A stretch of 57,635 bases of DNA, filler included, from Bipalium vagum (lineage: Eukaryota), in assembly GCA_037834085.1 (NCBI GenBank). It is 3 parts of 3 records of this genome, joined end to end, with 100 filler letters (N's around TTAATTAATTAA, not from the genome) between each part and the next. Parts side by side here need not be neighbours in the genome. Positions count along the whole stretch, not along the records: positions 35,799 to 57,635 come from JBBMKC010231178.1; 2 more parts are not named here. The stretch is one strand, 5' to 3'. The first letter of the stretch is position 1; each line of letters begins with the position of its first letter. The notes beneath the pieces were generated by a model that was not told the DNA's origin, made no database searches, and saw only the letters and a program-made list of their open reading frames with translations. Below are positions 39,701-54,247 of this stretch, one piece after another. The translations under genes and the position numbers were made by a program.

Positions 39701-39949
39701 GGTTGTTTGTCAAATACCTTTTTGTACATGGTCTCAATTTCCTGAAAGTGTGACTGTGCAGGAATAGTTTCACCAGATTGTAAGAAATTATAATTGGTTT
39801 ATCCAAAAATAGACAATCAAACAGTATTCATTGTCTTCTTTTTAATGAAGACTGGTTTAGGCAGCTGTTTAAACTGTTCTTCAGCGTCTAGCCATTGTAC
39901 TGATCGTGTCCGATTATCAAATGCAATCCAGTTCTATTTTCGACATTGC

Positions 39950-40400
39950 CAATAATAATATAAGTTTTAAGACGGCTATCATTTATGTCCATGTTAAGAT
40001 TTCAAACTTTTTAACAATAAATCGTTGATAGTGTCCTAAATGTACTATTATCATAATTGTAGTTTTCATTAAAAAGATAAATTTCCATTGTCAATTAAAA
40101 TTACTATTTGCTTGTTATTCTAAATATTAAGTAATTTTGTAAGACTGACAATGCTAGTTTAAATGTACAAAAACCCTTACCAAGCAGGTTCCTTATCAAG
40201 AACTCTGTCAATTACTATTACAAATAATATATTACTAACTCTTGCATATTACACAAAAAACATCGAGAGGTGTGTTTTTTATTTAACATAAATAGTTTAA
40301 GTCCTTCTATGCAGCCTACGGAGTTAACAGGTAAATTTTAGAGAGAGCTCAAATTCAATTTCTTTAAAGAGATAAATATGTAAAATTTAGATCAATATTC
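39950..40400 (+). mobile_element. Possible LINE reverse-transcriptase remnant
   Basis: NPYQAG..SR (YQAGFR-like) followed by YAAYGVNR (AYDxVxR-like); heavily decayed. Confidence 0.3.
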
Positions 40401-41769
40401 TGTTCTTTACAAAAGCCTTGTGTTATTAGTACAGCAATTTAGATCTATCAAAATAAAATAGCTTGTTTAAAAATGTATTATTACATGTATAAAACAAATT
40501 TTTCATTCCATTCAATTAAAGTTTTGAAGGAACTTCCTTTAAAATACTTGTAAAAGTATTGCTTTATGATAAATTACAGATCAAAAAATAAAATAATGAA
40601 AGTAATCCTTTATTCAGAAATTGCGGATCACAATGATTCCTTCAGGTGGATAATTGGTTTAAGTGAGGTGACTTAACTTTTGAAAATATTTCTCGATTTT
40701 ATAAAAGTAATTTATTTATTTATTTATTTCGTTGTCGATCTGTATTTGTTTATTTCGTAATGAAGAATAATGTAATATAAATGTGAGGTTCTAATTTATA
40801 TTAAATATAATATTAATAATCATATATATAATTTTATAAAAAATAACTATATTATTTGCTTTGTGTGATGCTGAAATAAATTTGTAAACTGTTGTTACAT
40901 TTTATTTTTATTAAATAAATATTTCTTGAATTATTATCGAATATTTTTTCATAAAAATATTAAGATAATTTTTGTTTTAATTTTTATTTTTATTGAATTA
41001 TTATTTTATACGTTATTTAATATTGATTTAATTATATTTGTCTGTATTGTGTAAATTATTAAAATAAATATTGAAATATTACCAAATTTGATAATCTATA
41101 ATAAATAATATTATGTATTATTAGGCCATCTAAAAGGTTACTAAATCAAATGTTTAGTCTGATGAAAACCTAAATATTAATATTGAAGACCAAATGTTAC
41201 GTTTTCAGAGATATAAATAATGTTCGATTTATTATGATTACTCCAGACATTGTGGTGTAATAATTGAAATGTGGACATTGTTGAATTGTACTTTTATATG
41301 ATATTTTTTATATTCTGCAAAGAGAATATTCAATGGGACCCTTGTCTATATCTAGATGAAGATGAACAAAGTATCTGAAAATATAATAATTTACTGAACT
41401 CATGAATATTCCCAATACAACTGTACGCTGCATTTATACAGAAAATTTGTTTGTTTTTTACCTTCTTTTGTAAAAGTATGACTGATTCTGAAGCATTAAA
41501 ACTACTGATAACATTTTTTGATTTTAATGAGTTACCTGGAATGGTTTTATGTCCAAAAACCGAAAACTATGCATTTAAAGAAACGAATCAAGACATTTCT
41601 AATAGTTTCATTTTTCAAAAGTATTATCTGAACAGCACATTATTGTAGAGAAACTTTTTAAAGGCTTTTAACTGTGAAATTGGGTTGATGTTCTATTAAT
41701 TGTTTAAAAATTATTATTTATATTATTCTTGAATACATTGAGCAAAACCTGTTGTTATTTTGTCATATA

Positions 41770-42010
41770 AATGCATGATCAGAGAACTGAGTGAATTTTT
41801 GGCCAAAAAAATTTCGTTATCATTACTTTCATCATTCACCGTATATGACACAGATTGACTTATTCTTATTTTCAAGACTTAAATCGCCTATGAAGAGACC
41901 GACCAGTCCAGACACATTTTAAGGAATTTAAAAGACCTTAACCAATGTTTTGTGACATATTTCTAGAGAGGTTTACTAGTATTTCTATGAAATATTACAT
42001 GACCGCCTCA
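41770..42010 (+). mobile_element. Mariner C-terminal remnant
   Basis: SEFLAKK...HHSPY...DLFLFSRLKSPMK. Confidence 0.6.
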
Positions 42011-42954
42011 AAAGCCAAAGAAATTGCTGACAAATTTATTTATTTTTCTTAATTTTATTTTATTTCATACCATTAAATAGTTTTTTTTTCAATGATGTAA
42101 CATTTATATTTTTATTGCCATTTCTTCTTGGCTGCTTTTATATCTGTCTTTTTACAGACAACGGTTAATTATAAAATATTTTGTTTTAATATTATGCATA
42201 TATCTCCTATCTAAACCGGTTGGGCAAATGTTTCTAACAAATTAAAGTTATCACTTGTTCATCAGCCATTAATAACCAGCTGCAAATTCCCTGATTGATG
42301 GATAGTATTCAATTATCATTGTGTCGAAATAGCAGAATTTTTTCTCCTCATAATTGACTGAAATAATTATCTTTTTGTTGATATATTATTCATATCAATT
42401 TACAATAAACACTTGTACCTGAATTCTGAAAAATATTGTCATTTTTTTCGTATAAAAATTTTATAAAAAATATTTTCAGTTCAGTTATTAACATTTATTA
42501 AAACACCAATGCGTTGCGATAGAGAGGCAGGTTGTCGAAGATGCAAGAAGTACTGCTGTTTTTATATAAGTGATTATATGAAATAGTTATTCTTTGAAAT
42601 AAGTTAAAATATTATTATGCAAGAGAATTGTATAGCTTATTTTAGAATAGTTTATAATAATAGGAAAATTGTTCAGTTGATTTTTGTCATGGGTAATAAC
42701 AGCTGAAATCGAAGATCGACTATATTTTGCCTTGAAAAACAATCTTCTGTCGCTGGACATCAATTAGTCTTGACTTGATTTACTTTAGAATGACCAAAGA
42801 CTCAGTCCTTCAAATTGAATATTATATTGAGTGATTTCAAAATAATATAAAAAGATTTTAGAAAAAGTTTTGCTGCCAGTGATTATTATATCAATATGAT
42901 CACCAAAGTCAGAAAAAATGAGCTTTATTTTGCTTCTAAAAGTAGTATATAATA

Positions 42955-43848
42955 CCGTGTTTTCCATAATATAAACCCTACCCAATAATTAATCTTGGTA
43001 AGATAATTTTATTAAGGTTTTTTAATTTTTTAAAAAAAGTCCTACAAATTAAAGATTTGTCATTAAATTAATAAATAAATCAATATTATTTGTTTTAAAA
43101 TATAAATTATTTAAAATGTGTTCTAAAAAGTTATGTGGCATTCACAATGGAAACATTTAACAGAATTCTGTATCAACAAATAATTAGATCTATGATATGT
43201 CAGAAAATATTGGTTTGATTACAAAAAAAACTTTTGATACCGAAGAATTTGGGAATCCAACTAGAAGAAAATCTGGTACAGGAAGGCATCCAACCTTTCA
43301 ATAAATAAATGAAGATATTTATGACTGGATTGCTGAAAATTGAAAATCATTTTTTTCACCTTTAGAAATAATCATCACAACCCATTTAGAATTACATAGA
43401 TAGTGAATTTAATGAATATATTGAAGAAAGAATGGTACGTAACAGAAAAGGGTTATTGAAAGTGGTTACCTGGATCAGGAGAGATTGGAAGAAGTTAAAT
43501 GACACTTGTGTTAAGAATGCACTCTGAGCAGGCTATCTTTACTCAAATTAGTCATTTGAAGAAGTATTTATTTCAATACATGAATGATTGGGACCTTTAG
43601 TTCGTGGATCCTTTGAACATCAATAACCTAAAATAGGAAGTCAGGCTGATTTAATCCTTGAAGATGATGAGATGGCTATCGTTGAATAAACCGTTTAAAT
43701 GATGATTTTGTTATTTTATTCTTTCTTAAATCATCTAACTATAAGACTTGATTATGATAACTAGTTTAGATTTTTTTAATTGTTTTAAAATATTAATAAG
43801 ATCCACTCTTACACTATTGAAAACAGAATTATAATCTGATAATTATGG
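42955..43848 (+). mobile_element. Pogo/Tigger/Tc2-like element, internally deleted
   Basis: TA+CCGTGTTTTCCATAATATAA left end with a degenerate inverted right end; GTGRHPTF..INEDIYDWIAE (CENP-B-type HTH) and EFNEYIEERMVRNRKG...VVTWIRRDWKKLNDTCVKNAL.AGYL. Confidence 0.7.
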
Positions 43849-44738
43849 TCAATTCATGAAAGAAAAAAAATTATATATGAAGTCTTTGCAATTAGATCAT
43901 GTCAAAAAAATCTCCAAAATATTTGCGAAGTAAAGATTATATTTAAAAGATGATTTAGAGGGGTTTTTAGAGATATTTGTAGATAAATTTGGTCTTATCA
44001 ATTTTTTGAATAAATAAATCCAGTTTGTCTGTGAAGAGATTACGGATTTCAAAATAATTTTTAGATAAGGGAAATGTAAATAAAATTAAATAATAAAAGT
44101 TTTTATTCATTTTTTGTTTATTATAAATTAAAAGCTGATCTAAAAATGATGAGTCCTCATAAATAATAAAATATATGTTTGAGATATATTTTATCATATG
44201 AAAACAGGTGGATAAATTTCGCAAAATCTTAATTTTGGGGACATTGTAGTGGGTTAATTAAAATTATGTTTATTCTCTAATAATTATTTATATTTCTTTA
44301 AAGAATTTGATGTAAAATTCATTTCAATCTCAAAGTAAAAAGGAAATTAAAGTCTGATTATTAATTTAAAAAATTTTAAATGATTAAATTTTATCGTACC
44401 ATTTTTTTCAGTCCATTATAAAATATTTATTTAATAAAATTTCATGAATTTTTGAAATTTCTGAAGTTTCATTTACTTTGGTAAATTATTAAATTAATCT
44501 GTGGAAAAATGACACCAAGAAATCTTGATTATCGATGATAATAATGTAATGTAATATAAATATTCAATGAGTGATATTAATTATTGATTTGGAAAAAAGA
44601 ACTTCTGAACTTTTAATAGATGAATTTTTGCACTGTGTTTGTCGCAAAATATCTGTTCTTTAAATAATATAATGATTTTATGCGAAAATTCAATTAACAA
44701 TATGTAAAAACAAAAGGTAATATTTTCGACTTGTATTA

Positions 44739-45119
44739 TTAGGTTGTTCAAAAAAATAATGTCATTTTTTAATATAGAACTTTGAAAGCATATATTTTAA
44801 TAAAAAAACACAGCTAATCAAAAAAGATCATTTTGAATCAATACACTTTCGCCATCAAGTCACAAGTTTATTTATACCATTTGCATAAAAGTCCGTATCT
44901 ATGGTAGCGATAAAATTATTAAAGGCTTGTTTGGCATCGTCTTGATTTCTGAAACATTTATCCTTCATTAAATTCTGCAGATGTTTAAAAAAGTGATAAT
45001 CCGTGGGCGAAAGGTCTGGTGAGTAAGCTGGATGAGGCAGGGTTTCGTATCACAACTTGTTTAATTTTTGTAAGGACGAACGTGCAACATGCGGTCGAGC
45101 GTTGTCGTGCAAAAGAATA
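44739..45119 (-). mobile_element. Cecropia-subfamily mariner 3' fragment with TIR
   Basis: Minus strand ILLHDNARPHVAR..LQKLNKL.YETLPHPAYSPDLSPTDYHFFKHL...DFYANGINKLV closely follows the Hsmar1 C-terminus; TA+TTAGGTTGTTCAAAAAAATAATGTC TIR. Confidence 0.92.
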
Positions 45120-45915
45120 TATCGATAATTAATACATTTAATACATATCTAAAAATTTACCAGAAGCCAAAGTAAAATTATGTACCACATATGGAAGTCT
45201 GTGCAAGCAAAGTCTGTTTTTTATTCTTCATTTCAAAAATTTGACCATCACGACTATCCATGTTCTGAAGTGCCAATATAAAATTATGAAAATCATAAGT
45301 GAAAATCATAATTTAAGAATCCGGAAAATTTGAAATACATTAAATCTCTATAATTCAACAATCTAGTCTTGACAGTGATGTTCCTTGAGTATTTCTCAAA
45401 GGTTTTTCATTCCATAAATTCTCACAAAAATGAATATTATTCATCGCCTTGAAATTTGCTATTTCTTTCTGAAACATGAGAAAAACGAGAGATAAGAAAT
45501 CGGTTACATTCATTAACTGCTGAAACCAGTCATAGAGAAAGACAGATGAACTTTGTCAAACTGTAACTAAATCTTAGATAAATGAAAAATAGTTATTCTT
45601 TTTCCTGTGTTGCATCATGTAATTTTGTTTAGCGGTGATAGTTAAGAACCAAACTACTATCAACTGGATAAATTAAACTGTGTCAAGCCAATAGACCAAC
45701 ATTGAAGAACAGAAAAATAAACAGATTATCAGCATGACCATAATAGACCTCACCTAAATTTAATGACCTGGCAGAAACTATAGAACATTTTCATTGTAAT
45801 AGCTCAATCTACCTGATTAAGAATTTTCCTTAATACACACATTACATCATTCTGCGGATGGCAGAATATTCTATTCAAAGAAGATATCCAAACCAATTTG
45901 CAAATAATGATTTAA

Positions 45916-45961
45916 TAAGCGGTTTAATCTTAAGCGGTTTAATCTTAAGCGGTTTTAATCT
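45916..45961. repeat. 15-bp tandem repeat x3
   Basis: TAAGCGGTTTAATCT three times (third copy has one extra T). Confidence 0.9.
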
Positions 45962-46349
45962 TGAAATTACTTTATATGTTCCAGGCGTTATTGTATCAAA
46001 AGCACAATACATTGTTGATTGAAAATTTTTTTATAAATAAAAAGAATTATCTTAATTTTTACAAAAAGAGATTTTCTTGACGAGACTTTCCAAAAACTTA
46101 AAATTATATTATTGAAGAATATTATATTATTCTATAAAGAGAAGAGAACTGTGGAGATGGAAAAAGTGAAATTGATGTAGAATTTGTGCATTATCAAACG
46201 CATATTCTAAAAATGATTTGCTAAATTCATACGTCATTCACTGACTCAAATGATCTCGAGACCCTTACCAAGCAGAATTCAATCAATGTTGACGCAGAAA
46301 TTGTAGCAATTCTAAATTCATTCCAAAACACTGTAAACAAACTATCTGA

Positions 46350-46610
46350 GTTCACCGAGATTTTTTTCTCAACTCAATGTTTCGGTTTTGTCTCATTCTC
46401 ATTACTTACCGGATTTTGCTCTTACCGATTATCATTTGCTGCGTCAACACAGAATTCCCTGATTGGAAAACGTTCATCAACATCTATTAGAACCCAGATT
46501 GATTCGATTTTGCCAATAATTACTTTCAGTTATAAAGATATTGAATAATGACCTTTATTCAAAGACGACCGGAGGTCATTTATTATAATAGTGAATATAT
46601 AATTTTATTT
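46350..46610 (+). mobile_element. Mariner C-terminal remnant
   Basis: VLSHSHYLPDFALTDYHLLR resembles VLPHPPYSPDLAPTDYHLFR. Confidence 0.6.
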
Positions 46611-49029
46611 GAAAATTTTGCTTAATCCATGTAATAAAAATGTCAGGAGCTTATTTTTGTCTTTCAGATATCCATTGTAATAAATGAGGACAATGGTAAA
46701 GAATTTCACCAATTACTCCTAATCAACAAGAAATTTATTTTCATCCAAAATATAGAATCAGATCAGAAATTATTGTTTATTATAAACTATTTTACTTGAA
46801 AATTTGGAATAGCTTTTCTCACGTTGGGCAATCAAGAAATTAAATTTTCAATTTCATTTTATAAAATATTTCATTGGATGATAAAAATTAAAAATAGAAA
46901 TAATTAGTAATATATTGATTAATGGTTTCATTTTATATATTAAAAAAATAATAAATTGACACTTAATATTTTATACACAAAATATATTTTGGAACATATT
47001 CGATATTAATCATTATTTATTTCACTAATTAATTATATTTTATATTATTAATATATATTTATATATATTTTTTATTAAATATATATTTATTTTAATAATA
47101 TTTTTAATTATAAATATTATTAATAATATTGATAAAATAATAAAAAAGTGACAAGAAATCTATAAAACAAAATAATTAAATATAATTAATAAAAATTATT
47201 CAATAGGTAAATCATAACGCTTTATCCTTCATAAATTTTTGAAAATTATTACAAAAGTACGGAATGAAATGTTCGCATTGAAATAAGTGGAGAGTTTTTG
47301 GAAACTCCTAAGATAATGAATGCCATTTATTCATGAAGGTGAGGCTGAAGAAACCGTTGACAGGGGAAAATTCTTGAATCCGATATATTATTTTGTCAAT
47401 TAATGCCAGAAAAGTTAATTTACCTAAAGATTCCAAACATAAAATAGACTACATTCACTTAGTCCTATCTCTGTTATTGGAGATAATGAAATATACCTTA
47501 AAAATTTCGTTGTTAAATCAATATGAAACAAGTTCAACATGCATATTGCCCTACTTATTTTTCCTCATTCTTCGATTGTAAAGAGAAGCCTTTTTATTGT
47601 TGAGGTTTCCTTGAAACTCATTTCATATTTTACTCTGCAACGCTTAGTTTGTCAAACGTTCAACTTTAACTTGTACGCAAACGGTATAAAATACCTTTAC
47701 TAGCCTCTGAATTACTCAGCTTTATAAATAATAATCGAGTCTAGATTAAACTAGAATCTGGTTCAAAAAGATTCAAATAGAATTCACGAATGAAAATCAA
47801 CACAATAAAGATAAGCGTTTTATTGTGACTAATATATTTGTAATATAAAAAATTAAAAACTGAATTTCAAGTGGATTCTTGGCACGACCTCCACATTATC
47901 GTCATGGTGCATTCATCAAATTAACATCAATTAAGAAAAAACTTTAACATTGGAAAATGATTATGGCAAAGAAATGGAAGAAAAGAGCAGATATTTTGAA
48001 ATAATTTATAAGTTGTCGTAAATTTTGAATTTCATCCCCATCCAAAACTTTTTCACAATTTGTATTTAAAAAGAAATAGATTATCAGGATGTTGAGTAGG
48101 GAGGATAACATACATTTACTAAAAGAAACACTTATTGGGGCCTAAAATCAAGTTCGATGTTATATTGATTGTATTGTTTGAATATACGTATAAACTACCT
48201 ATTATGATGATAATCAACAGATAACCCATTTATAATAATAATAATATTAGTAGTAGTAGTAGTAGTAATAAAACAATATTAATTATTATAATTTTAATAA
48301 TAATAATTTTTATTATAGTTCTAATAATTATAAAAATAATAATTATTATTATATTATAATAAAATAATTATACGTTTTATACGTTTCTTCCACTAATTAA
48401 TTTGTCAATATATTAATCAAGATTACTTCAAAATGTTGATTAATTTTTTTATTAAATAATAAAAAAGCGAACCAAATAAAAAATTATTATTATAATTATT
48501 ATGAAAAATAAATATTGTAAAATGTGTTATATTAAAAATATACAAGATATATAAATCAGAAAAGATATATAAATAAAAAACTTTCATTTTCTTATTCCTA
48601 ATTCACGATAAATAATATAAAATATATTTATAATGAATGTTATATCGAAAATCTGCAACAGGGTTGAAAAAATATATTAATTTTTAAGTATTAAGACGAT
48701 TTCATTTCAGAAATTTGAAAGATCAATTATTACAAATTGTAAGTGAAAAAGACCCATCATCTAATAAATTAAATCTTTAAAAAGCAAAAGTTTGCATTAT
48801 AATTAAAAATTTTAATTTAAATGAACCCATTTTTAAGAAATAAGAAATACCAATTACTCTAAAAAATAAATATTTTACGTTTTTTAAATATAATCAATAA
48901 TTAATTTTCATATCTTTAAAGAAATAATCTTTATATTGAAAAATCACTGTTCATTACTTTGAAGGAATCGATGCAATATAAAATAATTCGGAGTGAAATT
49001 ATTGTTCCTGTAAAATGAAAAATATTGTT

Positions 49030-49199
49030 NNNNNNNNNNNNNNNNNNNNNNNNNNNNNNNNNNNNNNNNNNNNNNNNNNNNNNNNNNNNNNNNNNNNNNN
49101 NNNNNNNNNNNNNNNNNNNNNNNNNNNNNNNNNNNNNNNNNNNNNNNNNNNNNNNNNNNNNNNNNNNNNNNNNNNNNNNNNNNNNNNNNNNNNNNNNNN
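49030..49199. other. Scaffold gap (170 N)
   Basis: Run of N with no linker. Confidence 0.98.
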
Positions 49200-49440
49200 T
49201 ATCATGATCAAACTCTAACCAACCACGGTGTGTTTATTTTTTCGTAAATATATCGTTAACTCTTGACAGTTGACTGTAAGGATTCAGACCGAGTATAGAG
49301 TGATCAGATTTAAAACTATAATTATCATAAAATTGATAACAATTTTGTCTAAAGAATCTCACATAACCAATGGTATTAGAAAGTGTTTTTAGATGTGTAT
49401 ATTTATGATGACTATTTACAATATCATAGTTATCAATATA

Positions 49441-50690
49441 TTAGGTTGGTACATAAGTTCCCGCATTTTTAAAAATTTGTCATTCTTGCTCTTTTTAGCT
49501 TTGTTTTGTTGAGCAAAAATAATTATTTTGAAAGCGCTTTTTTCATTATTCTTTCAATAACTTAATTATACATATATTTTTTAGCTATACAAATGGATAT
49601 TCCAGACAGCGAAAAAATTCATTTTCGGCATTTATTATATTTTGCCTTTCGCCGTGGTCAGAAAGCTACAGAAGCAGCACTAGACATTTGTGCTGTCTAT
49701 GGAGCTCATACAAGAAATATAAGGACCGATCAAGGATGGTACAACAAATTCAAAAAGGGTCATTTTGATCTCGAAGATAAATTTCACTCTGGTCGACCAT
49801 CATAATTAGACGAAGTACGTCTTCAGGAGCTTTTAAAGGAGATTGATCGCCAAACATCCAAAGAACTTGCTGAAAAAATTGGCTGCACTCATCCAACAAT
49901 TCTCAGACACCTTCATTCGATCGGCTTTGAGCAAAAATTTAGAACTTGGAATCCTCATAACTCATCTCTAAATCGCAGCACAAGATCTCACTCGGCACCG
50001 AGCGACATGCGGCCACACGGAACGATTTCTGCAGAGAATCGTCACGGGAGACGAGAAATTTTTTCTACGTCAATATGAGACAGAGGAAGGAGTGGATAGC
50101 TAAAGGAGTAACGCATAAGCCAAGAGTAAAAGAAGAACTTCATCCCAAGAAAACAATGATGTGTATGGTGGAACTAGGAAGATTTAGTGCACTGGAAAAT
50201 ACTTGAGAAAAATAAGACTATTAACAAAGAACTATATGTAGTCCAGTTGCAAAAAGTGATCCAACTGAAAATTTCAGATCGTCGCAGTCATGTTATTTTG
50301 CATCATGACAACGCACGGCCACACACAGCAAATATAGTCAAAATAGCCCTCCAAGAGCTCAAATGGGAGATTCTTCAACATCCACCATACTCTGCTGACC
50401 TTGCGCCAACTGACTTTCAGCTCTACCGCTCATTGTCCATTCAGATGAGGGGTGTGATATTCAAGAACGAGGAAGATCTCAAAAACTGGCTCAACAAATT
50501 CTTCGAGACCCGGACTGGCGATTTCTGGAGAAATGGTATCAACAAATTGGTCAAGAGGTGGGAGCATATCGTGAACAATAATGGAGACTATAATACTGAT
50601 TGATTTATTATTTGTAATATTAATAAAATAATAGTTGGTTTTCACAAAAAACTTTTCTATAAAAACGCGGGAACTTATGTATCAACCTAA
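49441..50690 (+). mobile_element. Near full-length mariner (DD34D) transposon with inactivated transposase
   Basis: 30-bp TIRs TTAGGTTGGTACATAAGTTCCCGCATTTTT / revcomp of 50661-50690 (28/30 match), TA on both flanks, 1250 bp. Transposase pieces: HFRHLLYFAF...SGRP, WNPHN (WVPHEL-like), IVTGDEK, HDNARPH-34aa-D, YSADLAPTD. In-frame stop at 49803 and frameshifts. Confidence 0.95.
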
Positions 50691-53112
50691 TAAATACTAT
50701 ATTATTATCAACTCTTAATAGTATCTAAGCTGCAAAATTACCTTCACATTATGAATAGAATATGTGTGAGACTGATTTTCTTGGGATGGATAAATAAACT
50801 TTGGACTGTTGTCATTAACGTCATCAACAACAATTCGTACGTTTGCGGACCCGGCTAGCCTTATCAGACCGTTATCCATTGCAATCACTTCAAACTCATA
50901 ATCCAGTCGTTTTTCCCGGTCTAATTTTATCTTCGTGCACAGGTTTCCATTATTACCCTCAATTCCAAATGCTACATGAGCTGCATTCTAAAAGAGCAAT
51001 AAAAATAAAATATAATATAACTGTAGTGTCACTAAATGAAATATTTATATCACTTTAACTGTCAGTATTATATTATCATCTCAACATTCGTATAAACAGT
51101 TTTTATCTTTATAACGGGTTTTTGTACAAATTAACTAATAGGTTTTCTCTTTTGTTTTCGCTGGATACAACGTATAACATCACAATAAAGAATTTATAAC
51201 TTGTCACTTCCATAAAGTAGCATCTGATTTTAGGTTAACGTTGTATTTAATTTTAATATTATTTTATTAAACAATCGAATTAAAAAAATTTTGTAAATTC
51301 AGATGTATCTTAAAAAAATTACGTTATATTTCTTTTAAATATTTTTTTTACAATTTTACATTAATAATAATTTTTGTGCTAGGAAAACCAATGGCAAATT
51401 TTCATGATTTGCAGATAAACTAAAAAATATTAATACCGTAAGCGTTTAGTTGTTTTAATAAGATAATATAATCATATTTAGATACTTCAAATTCAATTTA
51501 GGATAATGGTGTCAATTGAGGAACAAGCCTAAACCGTATTGCCTGTGAATCAGATGAATTCAGTCACAAAAAATTGAAATAATTTTGGCGATGTATAAAA
51601 TATTCTAAAGCGTGAAAAACACAATTGCTGATAAATGGAATTGAAAAAATTTTATAAGATTTATAAAGAGCGTTCTGGGACTGATGCATGAAATGTTGCT
51701 GAAGAAAGTTGATGTAGTTTTAAAACAGTATATAATATAATGAGATCTAACATTATCCATACAAAATTTTAATGCTTCATCTGACACATAACGAAGTTTA
51801 TGCCGAAGGACAATGCGTCAAACTTTTTTTCAATAAAATCAACAATGATTCAGCCTTTTTGGAAATCTTACTTGAACAGATAGCGCAACTTTTATTTAAA
51901 CGGCTTTTATTAACAGACACAAAGATTGCGCTCCTGCTCATTATTAACTGGAAGTTAGAAAATTTTTGAATATTACATTTCACGGAATGTGAATATAGAG
52001 AGCAGGATAATTCAATTGAGCTCCATGACCACAATATCTATCATCAATGGATTTCTATCTTTAGAGATATATAAAAACAAAGGTTTATAAAAGAAACCCA
52101 AAGAAGCTGAAAGATTTGACATATGCCATCGAAGACATAATACCTAAAATATCACTTAAATTGTGTAAAAATTATGTCTTCTTTCTACCGTCGATTGGAA
52201 TGCTTCATTAGTCTTAATTAATGGTATGTTGAACAATTTTAATTTTTAATAAATATATTTCGATGTGTCAAAAAATGTGGTATTTAATATTTAACAATAT
52301 CACGTTTTAAAATCTGATACTGACATTTTGCATACATATATTACTTATACATCTAATAATTTATTAATTTATTTTACAAAAAATAGATGACAGAAACCAA
52401 ATAAAAGATTTTTTCATATTTTTTTAAGATAGATGAGACAAAAATTTTGATGTTAAATTTAAACAATTTTCATAAAATAAAAATAAGTATAATTATTTAT
52501 TCATTAAAAACCTACGATTGTGAAAATAATTAAAATCCATTTAGAAAAATATCTCTAATTACGATCAATATTAATAAAATTTTATTTTTATTTTTATTCA
52601 TTTAATCATCCTTTACGGAAACCAATTACAGCTATTAAAATAATGTTATAATTAAAGCGAGAAATATTATATATATTTATTTATCAATTTATTTTTCTAA
52701 GATACATCTTGCAGACAGAATATATAAAAACTTATTTTCTTTTATATTTTCTTTTCTAAGAAAGACATTGATTCTTGTCTTGATCTGTCATTCGGTTATC
52801 TGTTTTTCTAATCTCTAAAACTCTCATACAAAACCCAGATTAAAACAATAAATAGTAATTTAATATTCCCCCAAGGTTTATTATTGGCAATTATTCATTT
52901 TATTTCCATTATTTCATTTTTTAATTATAAATTAAAACGCCAACTCTCAATATATTATTAAACATTATTGTTTTCTAAAAGAAAATATATGAGTAATTTT
53001 ATTGTTTTAATTTATTTATTAAATTAAAAAATAAAACAATGTTAATTATTTTAATTTAAAAAACCGTTTTATTTATACAGGCTAAAAACGGTTTAAAACG
53101 GTTTTATTTTTA

Positions 53113-54247
53113 CAGGCTAATCGAAAAGTAATATTCGTTTTTGATCAATTTATTAAAAGTTTAAATAAAATTAATCAATAAACTTATCATAGACATTCTT
53201 TCATTAAATATTAACAGAGTAATACTTGCTTAAGTAATATGGTTTATTTAAAATATGTGAAATTAATTAAAAAATGTCAAGTTTTAAAACAATCAGAGGA
53301 ACATTTAAGAAATTGTATGCTATATGAATTTGAAAAAGGAAATTTAGCAGCACAGATCATCTTAAAAGTTAATGTTATTTAATGAAAATCGTCCGATGAC
53401 CGAAGATTGTTTCAAAATTTAAATCCGGAAACTTAGATTTGAAAGAGTATTTCAAATCAGGAAGATCATTGACCATATATGAACACAAGTTTCACGATTG
53501 AGTAGAGGAAGATCCTCGGGTAACCCTTAATGAAATCTTAAAAACTGCGGGCACCTCAGTCAACAATATTTGACCAACTCAATTCAATTTTAAAAAATTA
53601 CCTTCAAGGAATTGACTACCACATCTAGTGACCACAATAAAAAAAATGCAACAAATAACCATCTGTAATTTATTACTTATTTAACAGGAAAATTGCCCTT
53701 TCTTTATAGAATGGTCACCGGTACTAAGAAATGGATCCAGTACAACAATCCTAAACAAAAAGCAACTATTCTTTATGGGAAAAACTCCAAAAGCAACGCC
53801 GAAACCAAATAGTCGTGAAAAAGATTTTAAAATTTGGAATGGAAATATTTACTTTTAATCACTACAACTGGGCAAAACAAATAAAGCATACTTATTTTGC
53901 TAAAAATTAATCCGATTAAAGGATGTTATCTAACGTAAATATCTTGTATTAACCAATAATAAAGACGTTATTCTGCATTAAATAACACCGGACTATGCAT
54001 CTCAAAAGTCAGTCCAGAAAATTAAAGAATTTGACTGAATTATAGTCAAAATGCTTTAAAAAATTGTCTAGGTTTTTGGACTCCAAATATAAAAAGTTTA
54101 CAAAAGATGAATTGAAAACCTGGTATCTCGTTGGCAACAAGTCATAGACAAGGATGGATAATATTTCGATTTTATAGAATTGATAATTCGAAAATTTTGT
54201 ATTATGATTGGTAGAATAAAAACGGATACTTCTTTTCAATGATCTAA
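53113..54247 (+). mobile_element. Decayed near full-length mariner
   Basis: EEHLRNCMLYEFEKG, KFKSGNLDL..SGR, FLYRMVTG.KKWIQYNNP, VILH; degenerate TIR cores GAAAAGTAATATTCGTTTT / GAAAAGAAGTATCCGTTTT. Confidence 0.8.

Noticed and set aside
48999-49218. Three ORFs spanning poly-X
   Set aside because: Artefacts of the N gap.
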